DNA of 64,000 bases from a bacterium. Lineage in GTDB: Bacteria; Gemmatimonadota; Gemmatimonadetes; Gemmatimonadales; JACORV01. Made by a program: the position numbers and the translations under genes. Below the pieces are notes generated by a model that was not told where the DNA came from, did not search any database, and saw nothing but the letters and a program-made list of their open reading frames with translations. The stretch is from the NCBI GenBank assembly GCA_021787855.1, contig JAJYLI010000001.1, forward strand, positions 3,274 through 67,273, written 5' to 3'. Shown piece after piece: positions 27,510 to 36,211 of the stretch. The first letter of the stretch is position 1; each line of letters opens with the position of its first letter.

Positions 27510-27767
27510 ATGCGCTCGTGGCGCTCGCTGTCGCTCGCGCTGTTCGCGCGCGCCTTGGTCAATCCGCGGGTGGCCGTGGACCTCGTGAGCCTCGCCTGGT
27601 CGCTGCGCCGGCGCGGCTGGCACCGCGCGTTCCCCTTCCTGCCCCTGCCGCCGCCGGAGTACCTGCGGTGGCGCATGCATACCGCCTACGGCGACGAGAC
27701 GGCCGTTCCCCCGGTGGCGGACGTGCTGCGGATGGCGCGCTGGCGGCGCGAGCTGCTGCGCGGGTGA
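27510..27767 (+). CDS. Hypothetical small protein (85 aa), Trp/Arg-rich
   Basis: ATG 27510 is preceded by AGGA. Sequence MRSWRSLSLALFARALVNPRVAVDLVSLAWSLRRRGWHRAFPFLPLPPPEYLRWRMHTAYGDE..., with strong GC3 bias. Its stop overlaps the queG GTG (GTGA). Confidence 0.5.
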   Translation: MRSWRSLSLALFARALVNPRVAVDLVSLAWSLRRRGWHRAFPFLPLPPPEYLRWRMHTAYGDETAVPPVADVLRMARWRRELLRG

Positions 27768-28759
27768 CGCCCACGGCCGCGGTGTCGCCCACGGCGCTCG
27801 CCGCCACCGCGAAGCGGGCCGCCCGCGCGCTGGGCTTCGCCGCCTGCGGCGTCACCGACCTCGCGCCCTCGGGCGCGGCGGCGGCGCTCGACCGCTGGCT
27901 CGCCGCCGGCTTCCAGGGAGAGATGGCCTATCTCGAGCGCCAGGCGCCGGTGCGCCGCGCGCCGGCGCTGGCCTGGCCCGAGGCGAGGAGCGCCGTCGTG
28001 GTGCTGCACGGCTACTACCACGCCGACGTGGATCCGGCGCCGGGCCGGGGGCGCGTCGCCCGCTACGCCCTGGGAGACGACTATCACGCCGTGATGAAGG
28101 AGCGGTTGGCGCGGCTCGGCGCCGCGCTCGCCGCGGCCGCCGGCACCGGACGGTTCCGCGCCTGGGCGGACGCGGGGCCGCTGCCGGAGCGCGAGCTGGC
28201 CCGCCGCGCCGGGCTGGGCTGGGTGGGCAAGAACACGATGCTCATCGCGCCGGGACTCGGCTCCTGGACGTTCATCGGCGTGCTGCTCACCGATCTGGCG
28301 CTGGCGCCTGACGCGCCGTTCGACGCGGACCGCTGCGGCACCTGCCGGCGCTGTCTCGAGGCCTGCCCGACGCAGGCGTTCCCGGCGCCGGGCGTGCTGG
28401 ACGCCACGCGCTGCGTTTCCTATCTGACCATCGAGGCGCGCGGCCCGATCCCGCCGGAGCTGGAGCGCGGCCTCGGCGACCGCCTGTTCGGCTGCGACGT
28501 CTGCCAGGACGTGTGCCCCTGGAACGTGCGGTTCGCGCGCGAGGCGGAGGAGCCCCGGTTCCGCCCGCGGCCCGCCGTGGAGTGGCCCACCCTGGCGGAG
28601 CTGGCGGCGATGACCGAGCGGGAGTTCGACGAGGCCCTGGGCGCCACCGCGCTGGAGCGCGCGGGCCGCGCCGGTCTGGCCCGCAACGCGGCGGCGGTGC
28701 TCCGCAACACCCGGCGCGAGGTCGGCGCCACGCAGGCGGCTCGATGCCCGGCGGCGTGA
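27764..28759 (+). CDS. queG: Epoxyqueuosine reductase
   Basis: GWVGKNTMLI plus two ferredoxin-type motifs, CGTCRRCLEACP and CDVCQDVCPWN. Start moved to GTG 27764; the ORF-track N-terminal 82 aa look non-coding. Confidence 0.85.
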   Translation: MTPTAAVSPTALAATAKRAARALGFAACGVTDLAPSGAAAALDRWLAAGFQGEMAYLERQAPVRRAPALAWPEARSAVVVLHGYYHADVDPAPGRGRVARYALGDDYHAVMKERLARLGAALAAAAGTGRFRAWADAGPLPERELARRAGLGWVGKNTMLIAPGLGSWTFIGVLLTDLALAPDAPFDADRCGTCRRCLEACPTQAFPAPGVLDATRCVSYLTIEARGPIPPELERGLGDRLFGCDVCQDVCPWNVRFAREAEEPRFRPRPAVEWPTLAELAAMTEREFDEALGATALERAGRAGLARNAAAVLRNTRREVGATQAARCPAA

Positions 28760-29034
28760 AGCAGCAGGGGCCCGAGGCCCGGGTCGCGGCGGTGAAGGAG
28801 AGCCTGGCCGCCGGCCTCGCCCGCGTGGACCCCTACCACCGCCTGCGCGGCCGGCCGGTGCGCTACGAGACCACGGCCGGGCAGACGCTCGAGATCACCT
28901 TCCGCGACGTCCCCAGCATCGGGGAAGCCGAGGTCAACGGGATCAAGAAGCTCCTGGGCGGCAAGTCGTTCTGCACCGTGAGCCCGCAGAGCCGCGAGCG
29001 CCTGATCGTCCGCTTCGTCGTGCCGCTGGAGTAG
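28744..29034 (+). CDS. Hypothetical small protein (96 aa)
   Basis: MPGGVKQQGPEARVAAVKESLAAGLARVDPYHRLRGRPVRYETTAGQTLEITFRDVPSIGEAEVNGIKKLLGGKSFCTVSPQSRERLIVRFVVPLE. Composition and GC3 are normal. It overlaps the queG end by 16 nt. Confidence 0.55.
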   Translation: MPGGVKQQGPEARVAAVKESLAAGLARVDPYHRLRGRPVRYETTAGQTLEITFRDVPSIGEAEVNGIKKLLGGKSFCTVSPQSRERLIVRFVVPLE

Positions 29035-29059
29035 TCTACAGCCATGGGAGTCCCCGCCC

Positions 29060-29950
29060 TCAGGCGGGATGCAGGACCAGCAGCGTGATTTCCGGCGGGC
29101 AGCGCCAGCGGATCGGCGCCGTGATGGCGCCGACCCCGCGCGAGACGTACAGCCGGCGGCCGTCCGCCTCGAACGCTCCGGCGAGGTAGCGGAAACCGAA
29201 CTGCGACGGCACGAACGGCGGCCCCAGCAGGGGCAGGTGCGCCTGGCCCCCGTGCGTGTGCCCGGACAGCATCAGATCCAGCCGGACCGCGGGCGGCCAG
29301 TAGGCGAACACGTCCGGATCGTGCGAGAGCACGATCCGCGGCACCCGCTCCGGCACACCGCGCAACGCCGCGTCGAAGTGGATTGCGTCATACCGCAGAT
29401 CGCCGACGCCGGCGACCGCCAGCGCCCCCTCCCTCCCCGCGCCGCGGCGGATGGTGACGGCCGCGTTCCACAGCTCGGTCACCCCGGCGCGCGCCAGCGC
29501 GTCCCGGACCGCCGCGGCGCCGACGTAGTGATCGTGGTTGCCCAGCACCGCGAGGACGCCATCCGGCGCGGTGAGCGGCCGCAACAAATCCACCAGCGCT
29601 TCGGTGTAGTCGGGACGATGCGACACGTAGTCGCCGCCCAGCAGGATCAGGTCCGGGGCGAGCTCCATGGCTACCGCCACCGCGCGGGCGATCCACGCGC
29701 GGGGCACCACCGCCGAGTAGTGCAGGTCGGTCAGGAAGGCGATCCTGTAGCCGTCGAAGGCGGGGGCCAGGTCGCGCAGCCGCACGTCCTGCCGCTCCAC
29801 CACCAGCGGCTTCTTGTGCCAGCGCCCCAGCGGGGCCGTGAGCCGCTCCACCCAGTGCGTCGCCGCGCTCTCCAGCCGCCGAACGGGACCGGGCAGCAGC
29901 GGCGCGCTCCGCGGCTCGCGCCGGGGCGCATGCAGGAGCGGGCCGATCAC
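29060..29950 (-). CDS. Calcineurin-like metallophosphoesterase
   Basis: Motifs: FLTDLHY, LLGGDYV, LGNHD, SHDP, GHTHGG. Confidence 0.85.
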   Translation of the reverse strand: MIGPLLHAPRREPRSAPLLPGPVRRLESAATHWVERLTAPLGRWHKKPLVVERQDVRLRDLAPAFDGYRIAFLTDLHYSAVVPRAWIARAVAVAMELAPDLILLGGDYVSHRPDYTEALVDLLRPLTAPDGVLAVLGNHDHYVGAAAVRDALARAGVTELWNAAVTIRRGAGREGALAVAGVGDLRYDAIHFDAALRGVPERVPRIVLSHDPDVFAYWPPAVRLDLMLSGHTHGGQAHLPLLGPPFVPSQFGFRYLAGAFEADGRRLYVSRGVGAITAPIRWRCPPEITLLVLHPA

Positions 29951-29992
29951 GCCTGGGGGGGCGCCGCGGATGCCGCGGCGCGCGACCCCCGC

Positions 29993-30745
29993 CTACAGTC
30001 CCGTGGGATGGTCAACGAACGACCAGGGCAGCCGGAACCGCTCGGCGAGATGCTCGGCCAGGGCCTGGACGCCAAGGGTCTCCGTCGCGTAGTGCCCCGC
30101 GTAGTACACGTTCAGCCCGAGCTCTTCCGCGTCGAAGTACGTCCAGTGCTGCCCTTCACCGGTGATGAAGGAATCGAGGTCGGCCGCGCGGGCCTGCGCG
30201 ATCATCGAACCGGCGCTGCCGGTGATGATGCCCACCCGCCGCGTGCGCGGCGGCCCCCCGGCGATCAACCGCACCGGCGTGCCCAGGCTCTCGGCCAGCC
30301 GGTCGCGCAGCGCCTCCCGCGCCAAATCGAGCTCTCCCCACGCGCCGATCGGCGCCCCGCGGTACTCCCCGAACCAGCCCCGCACCTCCATTCCCAGCTT
30401 CCGCGCCAGCACCACGTTGTTGCCCACTTCGGGGTGGCGATCCAGCGGAAGATGCGCCGCGTACAGCGCGATACCGTGCCGCACCAGCGACGCCACCCTC
30501 CGGAAGTGCCGTCCCACCAGCGGCTCCAGCCCCGACCAGAACACTCCATGATGCACCAGCAACAGATCCGCGCCGCGTTCGGCGGCCTGCTCGATGACCG
30601 CCTGGCAGGCGTCCACCGCGACGACCACGCTCCCGACCTCGCCGCTGTTCTCGACCTGCAGCCCGTTCAAGGCGTGCGGGTCGTCAGCGATCTCGCGCGT
30701 GCGCAGATAGCCGTCCAGGTACTGCACCAGATCGTCGAGACGCAC
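29993..30745 (-). CDS. Nif3-like dinuclear metal centre protein (YbgI/YqfO family)
   Basis: DPHALNGLQV, LLLVHHGVFW, LYAAHLPLD and YAGHYATE. GTG start with GGAGG 11 nt upstream. Confidence 0.85.
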   Translation of the reverse strand: MRLDDLVQYLDGYLRTREIADDPHALNGLQVENSGEVGSVVVAVDACQAVIEQAAERGADLLLVHHGVFWSGLEPLVGRHFRRVASLVRHGIALYAAHLPLDRHPEVGNNVVLARKLGMEVRGWFGEYRGAPIGAWGELDLAREALRDRLAESLGTPVRLIAGGPPRTRRVGIITGSAGSMIAQARAADLDSFITGEGQHWTYFDAEELGLNVYYAGHYATETLGVQALAEHLAERFRLPWSFVDHPTGL

Positions 30746-30828
30746 CCGGCATCAACCTCCGGCCGTGACTAAAATGACCGTCGCGTCACCGTCTGTATTG
30801 TGACGTGGCATCCACACGACACTTCGCG

Positions 30829-31356
30829 CTATTGGGCTTGGGTCTGGCCCGCCGATCGCGGCGGCGCCGCGATGCGCGCCAGCGGCACCGTAGCGACGCG
30901 GCCCGCTCCGGGTTGAGGCTTCGGCTCCGCCTGCCTGCCGATCGGACGCTCGTCGCGCTCCGGCGCGCCGCCCCCCATGCGAATCAGGCCGTTGAGGCTT
31001 CCCCCCTCCGCCACGGTGATGCGGTTGGTGGTGATGTCGCCCTGGACGGACGCTCCGGCCTGGACCTCGACGCGGTCGTGGGCGTGGATGGCGCCGTTGA
31101 CCGTGCCGCCCACCACCACCTCGGTGGTCTCGATGTCGCCGTGCACGACGCCTCCCTTGGCCACCAGGACCTGGGCCTGCGCGCGCACGGCGCCGTCCAC
31201 GATGCCTTCAACCTTCACGACGCCGTTGCTCTCAAGGTCGCCGTGCACCGTCATGCCGGCGCCTACGATGGAGAGGCCCGGTGCGGCGGGGGCGCCCTTG
31301 TGCTCGGGGCGCGACGTCTCCCGCCCCGATGCTGGATCCTTGCCGAACATGCCCAT
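30829..31356 (-). CDS. Bactofilin (DUF583 polymer-forming cytoskeletal protein)
   Basis: Beta-helical repeat core: IVGAGMTVHGDLESNGVVKVEGIVDGAVRAQAQVLVAKGGVVHGDIETTEVVVGGTVNGAIHAHDRVEVQAGASVQGDITTNRITVAEGGSLNG. Disordered tails flank the core. Confidence 0.9.
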   Translation of the reverse strand: MGMFGKDPASGRETSRPEHKGAPAAPGLSIVGAGMTVHGDLESNGVVKVEGIVDGAVRAQAQVLVAKGGVVHGDIETTEVVVGGTVNGAIHAHDRVEVQAGASVQGDITTNRITVAEGGSLNGLIRMGGGAPERDERPIGRQAEPKPQPGAGRVATVPLARIAAPPRSAGQTQAQ

Positions 31357-31358
31357 CG

Positions 31359-32183
31359 TTACGGTCCCTCCCGGACCAGCGACAGCGGGTCCACCGAACG
31401 GCCGTCGTGGCGCACCTCGAAATGGAGATGGGGTGCGGTCGAGCGGCCGGTGTTTCCGGAAAGCGCGATCACCTGTCCCGCGGAGACGTCCTGCCCGGCG
31501 GCGACGAGCACCCGAGAGAGGTGGCCGTACATGGTCTCGTAGCCGTCGGGGTGCTGCAGCAGGACGAACAACCCGTACGAGGAGTCGGTACCGGTGCGCT
31601 CGACGACGCCGCCGCCGGCGGCCCGCACGTCCGAGCCCTCCGGGACCGCGAGGTCAATGCCGGGGTGCAGCTCCTCCCCGTTCGCGCTCGTCACCATGCC
31701 GCGGGTGCGGTACGACGGGACGTCGAGCGGCCAGCGGTGCGGAACGGACGGGCCCGCGGAGTCCGCGCCGGACGTTGATGCGGCCGCGGGCGAGAGGGCG
31801 AGGATGGGAGGCGCCACGTACAGTTGCGCGGTGCTCACCTCGCCGGCCGGCGCGCCCGCAGAGTCCGACGGCAGGGGGGGAATCGCCGCGCCCAGCATCC
31901 CTCTGAGGTGGGCGTAGCGGGCCTCGGCCGCGGCGAGGGCCCGCGCCAGGTCGTCCACCCGCGCGTTCTCGCGGGTCAGGACCGTGACCCGGTGCTCCAG
32001 CCACGGGGCACGGGCCGCGGCGCCCAGGATCGGCCCGTAGGCGGCGACCACGATCACGCTGGCGACCAGAGCGACGCTCAAGACGATGGCGGCGGCACGC
32101 ACCAGCCAGGAGGAAACCGCGAACTGACGCGTCTGGAGCGCGCCGTTCTTGTGGATGATGATCGTGTAGCCGGGGCCGCGCAC
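31359..32183 (-). CDS. Membrane-anchored M23/LytM endopeptidase (short cytoplasmic tail, TM helix, coiled coil, M23 domain; LmdC-like architecture)
   Basis: TM helix WLVRAAAIVLSVALVASVIVVAAY. Coiled coil [33 protein letters not shown]23 metal ligands HPGID and APHLHFEV. GTG start overlaps the parB stop by 1 nt. Confidence 0.85.
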   Translation of the reverse strand: MRGPGYTIIIHKNGALQTRQFAVSSWLVRAAAIVLSVALVASVIVVAAYGPILGAAARAPWLEHRVTVLTRENARVDDLARALAAAEARYAHLRGMLGAAIPPLPSDSAGAPAGEVSTAQLYVAPPILALSPAAASTSGADSAGPSVPHRWPLDVPSYRTRGMVTSANGEELHPGIDLAVPEGSDVRAAGGGVVERTGTDSSYGLFVLLQHPDGYETMYGHLSRVLVAAGQDVSAGQVIALSGNTGRSTAPHLHFEVRHDGRSVDPLSLVREGP

Positions 32184-33079
32184 TAGCCGTCCCAGCGCCG
32201 GCCCAGGATCAGCTCGAGCAACCGGACGAGATCCTCGGAGGAGTAGAAGCGCAACTGCAGATGACCCTTGGCCTTCCCGGTCAGGACCACGACGGCGTCG
32301 GTACCCAGTTTCTTGCGCAGCGCGGCCTCGATCCGCACCGCCTCGGGTGATACCCCGTGACGCGTGGCGCGGCCCCCTCCCCCTTTGCGCCGCTGGGTCG
32401 CGCCGCCGCGCGCATGCCGCTCCATCTCGCGGACCGACCAGCCCTGGGCCACGCCCAGCCGGGCCAGCCGTTCCATCTGACGCTCGTCATCCAGGCTGAG
32501 TAACGCCCGGGCGTGCCCGGCCGTCAACGCGTCGGCCGCGATCAACTCCTGCACGGAGGCGGGGAGGTTCAACAGCCGGATGGCGTTGGCCACCGTGGAG
32601 CGGTCGCGGCCCACAGCCTCGGCGATGGCGGCGTGGGGGAGGGCGAACTCCCGCGCCAGCCGCTCGTAGCCCTGCGCCTCGTCAATGGCGCTCAGCGACG
32701 CTCGCTGCAGGTTCTCGACGAGGGCGAGCGTGAGGAGCGTGCGGTCGTCCACGTCGCGCACGACGGCCGGGATGTGCTTCCACCCCAGTTCCCGCACCGC
32801 CCGCCAGCGCCGCTCGCCCGCCACCAGCTCGTAGCCCGCGCCGTTCTGACGGACCACGACCGGCTGCAACAGGCCGCTGGCCGCGATGGAGGCCTTGAGC
32901 TCGGCCAGGGACGCGGGGTCCACCGTCCGGCGGGGCTGGAAGCGGTTGGGCTCGAGCGCCTCGACGGGCAGCTGGCGCAGCATCCCCTCGCGCTCGGCCT
33001 CGTCCACCGTTCCGACGCCGAGCAGCGCTTCGAGACCGCGGCCCAGGCGGCGGCGCGGGGAGGGGGCGGCGGGGCTCAC
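32183..33079 (-). CDS. parB: Chromosome partitioning protein ParB
   Basis: LGRGLEALLG, the GLLQPVVVR box, GERRWRA and an HTH region. Overlaps parA by 4 nt. Confidence 0.95.
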   Translation of the reverse strand: MSPAAPSPRRRLGRGLEALLGVGTVDEAEREGMLRQLPVEALEPNRFQPRRTVDPASLAELKASIAASGLLQPVVVRQNGAGYELVAGERRWRAVRELGWKHIPAVVRDVDDRTLLTLALVENLQRASLSAIDEAQGYERLAREFALPHAAIAEAVGRDRSTVANAIRLLNLPASVQELIAADALTAGHARALLSLDDERQMERLARLGVAQGWSVREMERHARGGATQRRKGGGGRATRHGVSPEAVRIEAALRKKLGTDAVVVLTGKAKGHLQLRFYSSEDLVRLLELILGRRWDG

Positions 33080-33903
33080 CTGGCCACCTCGGGGATCGCG
33101 GCGCGGGCCGGCTCGCGGCCGTCGCCCGCCAGCTTGGACGCGGTGCGCCGGATCAGCTCCTCCGCGACGCTGAGGTAGCTCTGCGCCCCGACCGAGCCGA
33201 TGTCGTAGAGCAGGATCGGCTTGCCGAAGCTCGGCGCTTCGGCCAGCCGCACGTTCCGCGGCACCGCCGTCGAGAACATCCGCGGGCCGAAGTACTCCTT
33301 GGCCTCGGCGGCGACCTGGCGGGAGAGATTGAGCCGCGCGTCGTACATGGTCAGCAGCACCCCGTCAATCGCCAGCCGCGGATTGAAGTTGCGCTGGACC
33401 AGGCGCACGGTATTGAGCAGCTGGGACAGCCCCTCGAGGGCGTAGTACTCGCACTGGATCGGAATGATGACCGAGTCGGCGGCCGTGAGCATGTTGAGCG
33501 TCAGCAGGCCCAGCGAGGGCGGGCAGTCCATCAGGATGTAGTCGTACGACCGCCGCACCCCCTCCAGGGCTCCCCGCATGATCGTCTCGCGGTGGGCTCG
33601 CGCGACCAGCTCGACCTCGGCACCCACCAGATCCCGCGACGCGGGAGCCACGTCCAGATGAGGGAAGTGGACGGAGCGCCGGACGACGTCCGCGAGGGGG
33701 CGGTTGTCGAGCAGCACCTCGTAGACCGTGAGCTGGAGCCCGTCGCGCTCGAGGCCGACGCCGCTGGTCGCGTTGGCCTGCGGATCGGCGTCCACCAGCA
33801 GCGTGCGCTTCTCCGCCGCGGCCAGGGACGCGGCGAGGTTGACGGCCGAGGTGGTCTTCCCGACGCCGCCCTTCTGATTGGCGATTGCGATCACGCGGGC
33901 CAT
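33076..33903 (-). CDS. parA: Chromosome partitioning ATPase ParA (Soj)
   Basis: Deviant Walker A: MARVIAIANQKGGVGKTTSAVNLA, then LLVDADPQANAT. Start taken at ATG 33903; the track start at 33927 is a TTG. The C-terminal tail is about 20 aa longer than typical. Confidence 0.95.
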   Translation of the reverse strand: MARVIAIANQKGGVGKTTSAVNLAASLAAAEKRTLLVDADPQANATSGVGLERDGLQLTVYEVLLDNRPLADVVRRSVHFPHLDVAPASRDLVGAEVELVARAHRETIMRGALEGVRRSYDYILMDCPPSLGLLTLNMLTAADSVIIPIQCEYYALEGLSQLLNTVRLVQRNFNPRLAIDGVLLTMYDARLNLSRQVAAEAKEYFGPRMFSTAVPRNVRLAEAPSFGKPILLYDIGSVGAQSYLSVAEELIRRTASKLAGDGREPARAAIPEVAR

Positions 33904-33947
33904 GAGGGGGCAGAATCTAGCCCGCAACTGCCGCCGGCTACAAGAGT

Positions 33948-33963
33948 TGTTTCACGTGCAACA
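33948..33963. other. parS: parS centromere-like site TGTTTCACGTGCAACA
   Basis: A 16-bp palindrome, 15/16 identical to the canonical parS TGTTNCACGTGAAACA, 45 nt upstream of the parA ATG. It is the only such site I found in the window. Confidence 0.75.
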
Positions 33964-33990
33964 CGGCCTGGAGCTGGCGGCGGGAGCCCC

Positions 33991-35265
33991 TCAGCTCTGC
34001 CTGGTCCAGCGCCATAACTCCTTCAGGCTCGGGCGCTTGCCGTACATCAGGATGCCGACTCGATAGACCCTGGCCGACAGCCATACCACCAACAGGCTGG
34101 TCGCGGCGCTGATCGCCAGGGACAGCGCGAGCTGGGCCGCCGGCACATCCGAGGTGGCCACCCGCACCGGCATGATGATGGGGGAGGAGAAGGGGATCAG
34201 GGACGTCACCACGGCCATCCGGCCGCCGGGGTCGTTCAGGGCCGCGAACGACACGATCAGCGAGAAGACCAGCAGCATCATCACCGGCTGCTGGGCCTGC
34301 TGGGCCTCGGAGTCCGCCGTGACCGACGCCCCCACGACCGCGAACATCGCCGAATAGAGCAGGTAGCCCAGGAGGAAGTACGCCGCGACCACCACCAACA
34401 GGCTCGCGCTGATGGCCGGCATGGTGATCGCGCTGACCTGCGCGGCCGGGACGTGGAACGCCCCGAGCACCTGCACGCGGAAGTGCACCACGAGCCAGCC
34501 GGTCAGGCCCCAGATGACGAACTGGAACAGCCCCACCCCGCCGACGCCGACGACCTTGCCCAGCATGAGCTGGAAGGGGCGCAGGCTGGAGACCAGCACC
34601 TCGATGATCCGGGTCTGCTTCTCCTCCAGGACGCTGCGCATCACGTTGATGCCGTAGATCAGGATGATCATGTACAACACGATCCCCACCCCGTAGCCCA
34701 GGAAGAACGTCACGGTGCCGGACTGCCCCGTGGCACCGTGCTTCGTGATCCGGACCGTCTCCAGGCTGATGCCCCGCTGCGCCCCCTGCACCAGGGCGGG
34801 ATCCACCCCCAGACGCGTCAGCCGCTCGGTGACGATCGTCTGGCGCAGCAGGTTCTCCAGCACGGCCATGTCCCGGAGCGAGGACACATTCCGGCCCTCG
34901 TACTCGGCCAGCCCGGAGTCCACCGTGGCCGCCGAGATCGTCAGGAAGCCGTCCAGCGTCTCCAGCCGCACCGCGCGGGTCAGCGAGTCCTTGAGCGCCG
35001 CCAGCCGCCCGGTGCTCGCGGGGATCACCGTCACGCGGAACCGCCCCGAGCCCTCGAGCTGCGACTGGAGACGGGCCGCGAAGGGGCCCGACCCCTGGTC
35101 CACGAGCGCGATGTCGTTGACGCCCCCCGCCCGCGTCATCAGCAGGCCCGGCAGCACGGTCACCCCGATCATGAACAGGGGCCCCAGGATCGTGGACACC
35201 AGGAACCATTTCGAGCGGACGCGCTCGACGAACTCGCGGCGGATTACGGCCCAGACCTTACGCAT
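33991..35265 (-). CDS. ABC-2 type transporter permease (NatB-like)
   Basis: N-terminal TM helix, large extracytoplasmic domain and five C-terminal TM segments. MRKVWAVIRREFVERVRSKWFLVSTILGPLFM is typical of the family. Confidence 0.8.
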   Translation of the reverse strand: MRKVWAVIRREFVERVRSKWFLVSTILGPLFMIGVTVLPGLLMTRAGGVNDIALVDQGSGPFAARLQSQLEGSGRFRVTVIPASTGRLAALKDSLTRAVRLETLDGFLTISAATVDSGLAEYEGRNVSSLRDMAVLENLLRQTIVTERLTRLGVDPALVQGAQRGISLETVRITKHGATGQSGTVTFFLGYGVGIVLYMIILIYGINVMRSVLEEKQTRIIEVLVSSLRPFQLMLGKVVGVGGVGLFQFVIWGLTGWLVVHFRVQVLGAFHVPAAQVSAITMPAISASLLVVVAAYFLLGYLLYSAMFAVVGASVTADSEAQQAQQPVMMLLVFSLIVSFAALNDPGGRMAVVTSLIPFSSPIIMPVRVATSDVPAAQLALSLAISAATSLLVVWLSARVYRVGILMYGKRPSLKELWRWTRQS

Positions 35266-36211
35266 GGGCCACCTCCGCCGCCGCCGCGCCGTCCGGCCCC
35301 GCCTTGTCGAGGAAGATCCGGTTCAAGGACGGCTCGATGCGCTCGAAGCGTCGGATCCGCGCGCCCGTGCCCATCAGCCGCTCCAGCACCAGCTGCGGGT
35401 CCACGCCGTCCTTGAGCCTCAGCTCGGCGTACACCCCCGAGTCGTCGGCCGCCGCCACCAGGTCCGTCACCGCCGTCATCGCCTGGGCCCCCGCCGCGCC
35501 GTCCTCGAACGCCACGGCCACGTGGGTGCCGCCGTGGACCTGTTTCACCTCCGCCAGGCCTCCGTCCAGCACCTTCCGGCCCCGCGCGATGATGCACACG
35601 TGGTCGCAGATCTTCTCGGCCACGTCCATCTGGTGGGTCGAGAAGACGATCGTGGTCCCGCCCCGGGCGAGATGGACGACGATGTCCTTGAGCACCTGCT
35701 GGTTGATCGGGTCGAGGCCCGCGAACGGCTCGTCGAGGATCACCAGCTCGGGCTCGTGCAGCATGGTCCCGATGAACTGCACCTTCTGCTGCATCCCCTT
35801 GGACAGCTCCTCCACTTTGCGCAGTCCCCAGTCGGCCAGGTCCAGCCGCCGCAGCCACTCGTCCGCCTTCGCGGCGCCCCGCGCACGCCCCACGCCCTTG
35901 GCCTCCGCCAGGAACACCAGCATGTCCCGCACGCGCATCTTCCTGTACAGCCCCCGTTCCTCGGGCAGGTACCCGATGCGCGCACTGTGATGGCGGCCGC
36001 CGCGGCGGTCCCCGAACAGCTCGATGGTCCCCTCGTCCGGCATGGTGATGTTCATGATCATCCGGATCGTGGTCGTCTTCCCCGCGCCGTTGGGCCCGAG
36101 GAGTCCGTACACGGCCCCCCGGGGCACACTCAGGGAGAGATCGGCCACGGCGACGTGTCCCGCGAACCGCTTCGCGACGCCGCTCAAGGCGATGACGCTG
36201 GTGCTGGTCAT
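35258..36211 (-). CDS. ABC transporter ATP-binding protein (NatA-like, partner of the ABC-2 permease)
   Basis: Walker A GPNGAGKTTT, signature LSKGMQQKV, Walker B LVILDEPFAGLD. Overlaps the permease gene by 8 nt. Confidence 0.9.
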   Translation of the reverse strand: MTSTSVIALSGVAKRFAGHVAVADLSLSVPRGAVYGLLGPNGAGKTTTIRMIMNITMPDEGTIELFGDRRGGRHHSARIGYLPEERGLYRKMRVRDMLVFLAEAKGVGRARGAAKADEWLRRLDLADWGLRKVEELSKGMQQKVQFIGTMLHEPELVILDEPFAGLDPINQQVLKDIVVHLARGGTTIVFSTHQMDVAEKICDHVCIIARGRKVLDGGLAEVKQVHGGTHVAVAFEDGAAGAQAMTAVTDLVAAADDSGVYAELRLKDGVDPQLVLERLMGTGARIRRFERIEPSLNRIFLDKAGPDGAAAAEVAHA

